A DNA stretch of 64,000 nucleotides. Origin: a virus. Taxonomy: Duplodnaviria; Caudoviricetes. The DNA is taken from IMG/VR virus record IMGVR_UViG_3300031998_000045, positions 1 to 64,000 of that record; one strand, written 5' to 3'. Positions 30,175 to 36,409 of this stretch are shown in pieces (position 1 is the first letter of the stretch; each line of letters starts with the position of its first letter). Below the pieces are notes generated by a model. That model had not been told where the DNA came from. It searched no databases and saw only the letters and a program-made list of their open reading frames with translations. The translations under genes and the position numbers were made by a program.

Positions 30175-30234
30175 AAGACGCGTTTAGCTTGTATTCATTA
30201 TCAGTGAATTGCTTTAGATTGCTGTGTGCGTCTT
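30175..30234 (-). ncRNA. Scaffold RNA E5 displaying an Ile(GAU)-like anticodon loop
   Basis: AAGACGC-ACACAGCAA...AGC-A-ATTCA-CTGATAA-TGAAT-ACAA-GCT...GCGTCTT. Confidence 0.78.
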
Positions 30235-30244
30235 CAAGAAGAAA

Positions 30245-30319
30245 TGGAGCCCGCAGAGAATTCCGAGATCTCAACCTGCTGCTTACAAGGCAGCCGCTCT
30301 GCCGTTGAGCTATACGGGC
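30245..30319 (-). tRNA. tRNA-Thr(UGU)
   Basis: Loop CT-TGT-AA; irregular T-loop; CCA end. Confidence 0.82.
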
Positions 30320-30334
30320 GCTTCATTTGAAAAT

Positions 30335-30423
30335 CGGAGAGAGGAAGATTCGAACTTCCGGGCCACATAGCTGCAGCCAACTCCTTAGCAAGGAGCCTCT
30401 TTAGACCGCTCAGACATCTCTCC
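30335..30423 (-). tRNA. tRNA-Ser(GCU)
   Basis: Loop TT-GCT-AA; long variable arm; no encoded CCA. Confidence 0.9.
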
Positions 30424-30429
30424 AAGAAC

Positions 30430-30518
30430 TGGCGGATGCGAGAAGATTCGAACTTCTGTGCCCTTTCAGGCAAACGGTGTTCAAGACCGCCCCGTTATGA
30501 CCTCTTCGGTACGCATCC
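30430..30518 (-). tRNA. tRNA-Ser(UGA)
   Basis: Loop CT-TGA-AC; long variable arm; GCCA end. Confidence 0.9.
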
Positions 30519-30530
30519 AGTCAAAAGACT

Positions 30531-30650
30531 TGAAGCTAGGGATCCTCAGCGTATAGGCATGCCCGACGGGGATAACCGAGCTACGGCTACAAAGATTCCC
30601 TCCATGCTGTGGAGAACCCGTGCTGCTACCATGTTCAGCTGCTAGCTTCA
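30531..30650 (-). ncRNA. Unassigned ~120-nt rod-like structured RNA
   Basis: TGAAGCTAG/CTAGCTTCA closing stem; CAGC/GCTG and ACGGG/CCCGT inner stems; terminal hairpin with ACAGCA loop. Confidence 0.5.
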
Positions 30651-30659
30651 AAAATAGAC

Positions 30660-30723
30660 AAGACTCATTGTGCTTGTTCTCCGAATATGGTGGGGAATAA
30701 GCTGATGCTGCTGTTTGAGTCTT
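30660..30723 (-). ncRNA. Scaffold RNA E6 with an irregular payload hairpin (possibly CAU)
   Basis: AAGACTCA-AACAGCAG...GCTT...ACCATAT...AAGC-ACAA-TGAGTCTT. Confidence 0.65.
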
Positions 30724-30747
30724 AAAATATCAAAATGGGCAATTGAC

Positions 30748-31707
30748 TTAAATTCGTTTTTCAAAAATTTTCTCAAGCTATCTGACAACATTATTTTTAG
30801 GACGAATTCGTATTGTCATATAACCGTGCTTTAATGCAATTTCGTCTTTTTGTTTATCTCTACTATTTCCTTCAGAATGCCAGTATTCACCGTCAATTTC
30901 AATAAATAATTTCTCTGAAGGAATATAAAAATCAACAAATCGTTTCATTTCATTAAAGCAAAATTCTTTTTGATGCTCAAATATGATTTTATGCTCAGTC
31001 AACCAATCAAATGCAACCTGTTCAGGATATGTCATTTTCTTTTTATTGCCAGCAAGTTTCCTGTTTGGATGTTTTTCTGGATGATCATGATACAGCTATT
31101 TCTTCTTTTCAGATACTTCTTTACGTTTCTCTATTGTCCAATATTTTGAACAACATCTATTGACAATAGTACCATTAGCTATTTTAGTTTTCATTGTTTT
31201 TGAAACAGAAAGAGCATTTCTCATAATACGTTCATCTGTTTCTTTCGTCAAGCCTTTGTTCCAAGAAGTTCTTTTTTGAATCGGATGAATCTAATGATTA
31301 TGCTCAAACAACTAAGCTCTAGTTTCAAATATCAAGTTGCATTGTTTACATTGCCATGTTCCTCTTGGAGCTCTAGCTTTAAGATGTTGTTCATGAATAT
31401 TCATCTATTTTCTAGATCTTCTTTTTTTGCTTATCTCAGCAAAGTCATTCTACTAAGCAGAATAAGATCTTCTACATGAATCAGAGCAAAATCTTCCAGT
31501 TCCATAGCTTCCATCATGTTCTTTGTTGCATTTAGGATTTTCACATTTGAACATTCCATTTGGAAGTCTTCTAGCTTCTTTCTTCAAAAGATCATCTTTT
31601 TGCTTTTTTGACTTATATTGCTTATAACTTTTGCAAGTTCTTTTATGACCCTAAAGAGAACGGCCATTGTCAAATTCTTTTCCACATGTACATTTATAAA
31701 TTTTCAT
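30748..31707 (-). mobile_element. Free-standing Vsr/DUF559-like homing endonuclease gene with Zn fingers and NUMOD-like motif (319 aa, TAG=Gln)
   Basis: Track fragment MTYPEQ...VDFYIPSEKLFIEIDGEYWH extends to the ATG at 31707 across about 8 TAG. YKCTCGKEF, FCSDSC, WNKGLTKETDERI. Confidence 0.88.
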
Positions 31708-31748
31708 ATTCTTATTTACTCAAGTGCATTACCAAACTCATCTAAAAT

Positions 31749-31827
31749 TGGTCAGGGCGAGCCGTGCTGCCCGGCTACCTATGGGACCCAAACCCATCGT
31801 GCAGAAATGCTGCTATACCACGCCCTG
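31749..31827 (-). tRNA. tRNA-Pro(UGG), aberrant T-loop
   Basis: Acceptor CAGGGCG/CGCCCTG plus ACCA; loop TT-TGG-GT; T-loop GGCAGCA. Confidence 0.75.
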
Positions 31828-31838
31828 TAAAATAAAAG

Positions 31839-31953
31839 CAAGACACATTTTTACGTGCTCTACCAGCTGAGCTACGAGATCTAAGATCTCGGCAAGATTC
31901 GAACTTGCGACCCCGAGCTTACCAGGCTTGAAAATACTGCTGTGTGTGTCTTG
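31839..31953 (-). ncRNA. Scaffold RNA E7 containing a circularly permuted tRNA-Thr(GGU)
   Basis: Order: CAAGACACA-CACAGCAG, anticodon hairpin AGC-CTGGTAA-GCT, T arm GCAAG-TTCGAAT-CTTGC, acceptor CGAGATC-TTA-GATCTCG, D arm GCTC-AGCTGGTA-GAGC, TGTGTCTTG. Confidence 0.85.
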
Positions 31954-31960
31954 AAGAATC

Positions 31961-32050
31961 TTTGACTGCTGAAACCGCTCACTCATAAGTTTTCCGAGCC
32001 TCCTGTTAAGTAAGGCTCAGGTTGGATTCGAACCAATAGCAGCAGTCAAA
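31961..32050 (-). ncRNA. YrlA-like (Y-RNA-like) permuted tRNA mimic without an anticodon loop
   Basis: Terminal 11-bp stem TTTGACTGCTG/CAGCAGTCAAA encloses T arm (TTGG-TTCGAAT-CCAA), loop-closed acceptor stem (CTGAGCC/GGCTCGG) and a D-like arm. Confidence 0.7.
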
Positions 32051-32069
32051 AAATGAACAATGAAAATAA

Positions 32070-32154
32070 TGGTGGACCCGAAGAGAATCGAACTCTCACG
32101 CGAAACCGCACTGCTTGCAAAGCAGCTCCAATCACCACACTCTGACACGGGCCC
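32070..32154 (-). tRNA. tRNA-Ala(UGC) with an extra variable-arm hairpin
   Basis: GGGCCCG/CGGGTCC (G3-U70), A73, CCA; loop TT-TGC-AA; GCG-GTTT-CGC variable arm. Confidence 0.82.
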
Positions 32155-32170
32155 ATAAAGCCAATAAAAC

Positions 32171-32217
32171 TAGATGCCAATTTTATTCTACAGATACAAA
32201 CCTGCTGTAAGCATCTA
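32171..32217 (-). ncRNA. Scaffold RNA E8 displaying a Tyr(GUA)-like anticodon loop
   Basis: TAGATGC-TTACAGCAG...TAT-CTGTAGA-ATA...GCATCTA. Confidence 0.7.
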
Positions 32218-32304
32218 AAAAAAGAAACTGTCAATTGTCAAAGATCAAACATTTATTTACATCGTGTGAGTCAAATCCCAAGCAACGGTCTTCATTCCCT
32301 TAAA

Positions 32305-32342
32305 CATGTATACATTATACCACATTAAAGTGAATTCTTAAA
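32305..32342 (-). promoter_or_regulatory. Sigma70-type extended -10 promoter driving the RNA cluster
   Basis: TGTGGTATAATGT on the - strand; a similar GCGGTATAAT lies at 28790-28800. Confidence 0.55.
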
Positions 32343-32343
32343 C

Positions 32344-32547
32344 TCAAAGCTCATCTGGACAGAAGCCGGTTATCCGAGTCTCATTCAGCATCCGGCTCTC
32401 TTGTATCTTCAGAGACATGTAGTTGCACAGCTCTTCATTGAAAGCTCGCCGGATAGACTTTGGAACACATGAAGCAACTCGCTTCTCAGCACGTATGATC
32501 TTTGCCCGGAGCTTTTCAAGATCAGTCTTGTCTTCATTCTTCTTCAT
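32344..32547 (-). CDS. Hypothetical protein
   Basis: SD-led ORF. Confidence 0.55.
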   Translation of the reverse strand: MKKNEDKTDLEKLRAKIIRAEKRVASCVPKSIRRAFNEELCNYMSLKIQESRMLNETRITGFCPDEL

Positions 32548-32557
32548 GGCGCTTCTC

Positions 32558-33046
32558 CTAGATGCTGTTGTCTGAGATCTTCTTTGAAAGACTGATCAAG
32601 CTCTCAGAAAGCTCTACTATCTTGATGTAGGTGTCCATCCAAGGGCTGAGTGTCTGACTTGAAGTGTTCTGTGTCTCTTCCTGCTCAGGCTTCTGCTTCG
32701 GAGCTTCAGCTGTCTCTGCATTCTCCTTCAAGATCTTGTACTGTCCGTTCCAGCGCTTCCACCATCCAGACTCGTCCAGCTTCTTGCAGTAGTCTTCACC
32801 CTTCTTGGTGAGATGCTTCCATCCAGCATACTCCCTTGACTCGCTTGCTGGCACAGCATAGATGAGTCCGTCTTTCTTAAGGCGGTACACAATGTTGCTG
32901 ATCCGCTTGCTGGCTCGCTTTGAGCCAAGAGCATCTACCATCTCAGGCCAGTCGTCAGTGAATCCGCCAGGCGGCACCATGCATGGATGTCCACCTGCGT
33001 AGTAGTCAAGCATGAGCAGCTCATTCTTCATTGTCAAGTCATTCAT
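32558..33046 (-). CDS. Winged-helix-like hypothetical protein
   Basis: NIVYRLKKDGLI...HLTKKGEDY. Confidence 0.65.
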   Translation of the reverse strand: MNDLTMKNELLMLDYYAGGHPCMVPPGGFTDDWPEMVDALGSKRASKRISNIVYRLKKDGLIYAVPASESREYAGWKHLTKKGEDYCKKLDESGWWKRWNGQYKILKENAETAEAPKQKPEQEETQNTSSQTLSPWMDTYIKIVELSESLISLSKKISDNSI

Positions 33047-33059
33047 CTTCTGTCTCCTT

Positions 33060-33422
33060 TTACTTTATCACAGGTGCTTCTGACTTCAGCTTTGGGCTCT
33101 TCTCCTTGACAACGTACTGTCCCTTGTTCTCACGAAGAGACTTGTCAAGAATGTCATTGAAGCGAAGATTGGGGATCTTCTTCTCAAGTGGAAGAGTCCA
33201 GTCACGGTCACTTAGATCTGAGAACCAGGCAGATGGATTCTTCTTGCCCCAGCTGCTGTCTGTAGACCTGTCTACATAGTTTGGATCAATGTGCACTTTG
33301 GGATTGACTTTGTCTGCACAGTCACCAGGCTTCACCAGCTGGTTGACTATCTCATCATGCTTGCGCCTGAATGTCTCATCACGCTTAGCTTCAATCTCAT
33401 CATTGTCAGTCGATCTGATCAT
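33060..33422 (-). CDS. Hypothetical protein
   Basis: 120-aa ORF ending TAA. Confidence 0.6.
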   Translation of the reverse strand: MIRSTDNDEIEAKRDETFRRKHDEIVNQLVKPGDCADKVNPKVHIDPNYVDRSTDSSWGKKNPSAWFSDLSDRDWTLPLEKKIPNLRFNDILDKSLRENKGQYVVKEKSPKLKSEAPVIK

Positions 33423-33460
33423 GTTCAGCTTCTTTCTCTTTGTTGTAGTTGTCGGTAGTC

Positions 33461-33628
33461 TTAAGCAGTCTTGCTAGATGTCAGCTGAGCTAGTCTTGCT
33501 GGAATGACCTTGTTCCGGTTGCAGTCATCACAGCATTCACCGCTGGCTTTGACAGGAGCTGGGTTGTTTCCCCAGCCATAGAACTTCTTGCTGCAGATGC
33601 AGCATGTCTTGCATGGTCTTTCAGTCAT
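33461..33628 (-). CDS. Small Cys-rich phage protein (55 aa, not in track)
   Basis: MTERPCKTCCICSKKFYGWGNNPAPVKASGECCDDCNRNKVIPARL; SD plus promoter repeat. Confidence 0.7.
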   Translation of the reverse strand: MTERPCKTCCICSKKFYGWGNNPAPVKASGECCDDCNRNKVIPARLAQLTSSKTA

Positions 33629-33717
33629 AGCTTTCTTTTCTCCTTTACGCTATAGATTGTATCAAAAGCTTGATGGTTCAGCCACTTAAGAAGCTAACTG
33701 ACTTCAGCTTCTTGAAC

Positions 33718-33957
33718 TTATGTGAACAATTTAGTCTTCTCGATCTTGTGAATGTAGACATGCGGCGAAAGTGTCATCTTGCTGGCGAAGATTGCTGCAG
33801 CTTCAAATGCTGTCTTAGCTCTAATCGCCATAGCTGATGAATAATGCAAGTCAAATGTCACTTTGATGTGAGCTTCATCTGTGTTATCTATAGATGCGCC
33901 TAGCACATATGTGACTAGCCACATTGAATCTTCTTCTTTCTTCTTGAACGGCCACAT
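33718..33957 (-). CDS. Hypothetical protein
   Basis: SD-led MWPFKKKEE... Confidence 0.6.
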   Translation of the reverse strand: MWPFKKKEEDSMWLVTYVLGASIDNTDEAHIKVTFDLHYSSAMAIRAKTAFEAAAIFASKMTLSPHVYIHKIEKTKLFT

Positions 33958-33970
33958 TGCAAGTCTCCTT

Positions 33971-34216
33971 TCATGCTCTCTGCAGTCGGTCCCACTCAAT
34001 TGCATACTTCATGTAAGTGTTGATCGCAGCATCGAACGCTGCATATGCAGCAAAGCTCGTGTCATCATCCGCAGGATGGTTTTTCTCTGCTTCAATGACA
34101 TGTTGAAGCGCGATGAATATGTCATTGTTCAGCTTGCCATCAGGAGCGAGGAGCTCTTCAAGCTCCTCTTCGCGGGTCTTGACTTCCATTTCAATGACTG
34201 AGTTGATCTTGACCAT
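33971..34216 (-). CDS. Small acidic protein
   Basis: SD-led ORF. Confidence 0.6.
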   Translation of the reverse strand: MVKINSVIEMEVKTREEELEELLAPDGKLNNDIFIALQHVIEAEKNHPADDDTSFAAYAAFDAAINTYMKYAIEWDRLQRA

Positions 34217-34456
34217 TGTGGGTCTCCTTTCAGCCGACTGGATAGCGCTGGTTCAAGACATCACAGCACATCGAAGCTGCTGCCATGTCATATGCCACTG
34301 CATAGACTTTCTGGTTCTTGTCTACAATGTGGTACTCAGGAAGTCCATATGGACCAACTGCAGTCACAACTTTAAGTGGTCTGTCTGTAAGCATCTTCTT
34401 TTCTCCTTTACGCTATAGATTCTATCAAAGCCCAAGCGCTTCAGCCATTCAAGAAG

Positions 34457-35416
34457 TCAACTTCCTGAACAAGCGCAGTCTGGCTTCTCAACAGGAAGCT
34501 TCCAGTTCTTGATGAACTCGTCAAGATCTCCCATCACTGCAGACTCTCTAGCGCCAAATGGATAGTTCTCTCTCACCGGAAGTGTCTGACCGTTCCACCC
34601 TTCAAACACAGCTTTCTTCAGCTTCGGGCAGCCGGCAAACACATTTTCGCCGATTGACTTGACACTTTCTGGAATTCTGATCTCTTCAAGAGAAGTGCAG
34701 CCATAGAAAGCTCGTGGATCTATGATCTCAAGCGTGCTGGGAAGGACAACTTTCTTCAAGCTTGTGCAGCCGTAGAAAGCTCTCTGGTCTATCCACCGGA
34801 CTCCCTCTGGAATCTCAATGCTCTCAAGAGAAGTGCATTCCAAGAAAGCATCAGCGCCGATCTCAAGAACTGGTCCGCGGAATTCTACTTCTTTCAAGCT
34901 GTAGCATTTCTTGCAAGTCAGATGCTCAATCCGGCGCATAGCTGGAAAAGAGATCTTCTCAAGAGAGTCACATCCCTTGAACACAGCACTTCCCATTGTC
35001 TTGACTGAGTCAGGAATCCAGACTTCTTTTAGAGCAGAGCAGTTGATGAAAGCGCTTCCACCGATCTCTTCAACTGAGTCTGGGATGTCTACAGCAGGAA
35101 GTGTGATGATGTTTGAGTAGCATCCTGAAGATATGATCTTGCATCTCGGCACGTGGATGGGGAAGTCTATCTCTGTAGACATTGCACTGATGTAGGGACG
35201 GTCATCAAGCCAGAGCAAGAACTGGTCTGGAGGCTGGACTTCTTCAAGACTGTCATTGAAGAAAGCCATGTTCCCGTCTCGAGTCAAGATGCCGTAGCAT
35301 AGCGTGTCTCTTGGCGAGCAGAGCTTGACTGCGTTGTTTGCTTTGACGAGAGCAAACTTGTCATCTGCGAGATCAAGCTTCATCTTGAACTCGCATGGGC
35401 TCATGAATCTAGACAT
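34457..35416 (-). CDS. BspA-type LRR protein with MSPxExKMKLDL N-terminal domain
   Basis: IPDSVEEIGGSAFINCSAL-type repeats; cap ENYPFG. Confidence 0.9.
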   Translation of the reverse strand: MSRFMSPCEFKMKLDLADDKFALVKANNAVKLCSPRDTLCYGILTRDGNMAFFNDSLEEVQPPDQFLLWLDDRPYISAMSTEIDFPIHVPRCKIISSGCYSNIITLPAVDIPDSVEEIGGSAFINCSALKEVWIPDSVKTMGSAVFKGCDSLEKISFPAMRRIEHLTCKKCYSLKEVEFRGPVLEIGADAFLECTSLESIEIPEGVRWIDQRAFYGCTSLKKVVLPSTLEIIDPRAFYGCTSLEEIRIPESVKSIGENVFAGCPKLKKAVFEGWNGQTLPVRENYPFGARESAVMGDLDEFIKNWKLPVEKPDCACSGS

Positions 35417-35419
35417 AGC

Positions 35420-35707
35420 TCAGCATCCAAATGTAGAAGAAGTGTTGAAAGAGTCGCTCCAGTCAATTCCCTCTTCTACTTTGCCGTCATACTCAAGTAT
35501 CTCTCTGATGAGACTCTTCTTCTTTGGCTTCTTGACTTCAATTCCGAATTCTTCAATAGATGCACTGTCATCAGCATTCTCAAGAAGCTTCTTCAACTCT
35601 CCGACTGTCATGCTTTCTTCTCCATTCTGTCTTTCGGCTTCAATATCTTCATCAGATGGAACTTCCAGTTCTTCAGCTCTCGCTCTTCTGAGAAGAACTT
35701 GAGCCAC
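35420..35707 (-). CDS. Acidic hypothetical protein
   Basis: MTVGELKKLL motif. Confidence 0.55.
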   Translation of the reverse strand: MAQVLLRRARAEELEVPSDEDIEAERQNGEESMTVGELKKLLENADDSASIEEFGIEVKKPKKKSLIREILEYDGKVEEGIDWSDSFNTSSTFGC

Positions 35708-35967
35708 TGCTCTGGAGTTCCATAGCTTGAAAGACTGTCTACATTCTTTGATGGGAACTTCAATGCTTCATGCACATCATGAGTTATCTTGTAAGAAGCA
35801 AATCCCTTCCCGTCATTCATGGCTAGAAATCCCTGCTGGTCTTTGTCAGTTCTGTCAAATCCCATCAAGACAAACCAGTCTTCTTCATTCTTCTTTCTTG
35901 CTCTTGTCTTCTGGATCTTCTGAGCTTTCTGCTTCTTCATTGCTCTCTCCGGTCTGGATTCCATCAC
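35608..35967 (-). CDS. Basic hypothetical protein
   Basis: Overlapping operon ORF. Confidence 0.55.
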   Translation of the reverse strand: MMESRPERAMKKQKAQKIQKTRARKKNEEDWFVLMGFDRTDKDQQGFLAMNDGKGFASYKITHDVHEALKFPSKNVDSLSSYGTPEQWLKFFSEERELKNWKFHLMKILKPKDRMEKKA

Positions 35968-36409
35968 CCTCTACAGCAGACTTCAAGACAGACATCACAT
36001 TGTCAACCATTGACAGAGACTTTCTGTTGCAACGCAGCAAGTAGAATCCAGCGTAAGATGACAGAGCATAGCTCATGACAATGAACACATTTGCTATGTC
36101 AGTCCAGCCATAGTGCTGAAGAGCTATGTATATGCCGAACACGAACAAGATGTCTATGACACATGCACATATCATCATCACATCAAACTTGCGGCCATAC
36201 TCTTCAATAGCTTTGTCAGTTCCAATCTTGTCTGGGTCATGCTCATCAGCACGCTGTCTGGCAAGCTCTGCAACGTCATCATAGACACTGTCAGTCGTGT
36301 CATTCATCTTGGCAAACTCAAGGAGAGCTTTGCCCATCAGGTCGGCCAACGCTCCGAGGAACGTCAGCCAGACCGAAGCTTTCACTAAGAAAGCTTGTAT
36401 CATACGCAC
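35885..36409 (-). CDS. Membrane protein (3 hydrophobic segments)
   Basis: VWLTFLGALA; MMICACVIDILFVFGIYIAL; ANVFIVMSYALSSYAGFYLL. Confidence 0.65.
   Translation of the reverse strand: MRMIQAFLVKASVWLTFLGALADLMGKALLEFAKMNDTTDSVYDDVAELARQRADEHDPDKIGTDKAIEEYGRKFDVMMICACVIDILFVFGIYIALQHYGWTDIANVFIVMSYALSSYAGFYLLRCNRKSLSMVDNVMSVLKSAVEGDGIQTGESNEEAESSEDPEDKSKKEE

Noticed and set aside
31839-31953. Group I intron or archaeal BHB intron at the permuted tRNA
   Set aside because: The flanks are only about 25 and 15 nt with no P/Q/R/S core, and they do not form the 3-4-3 bulge-helix-bulge geometry.
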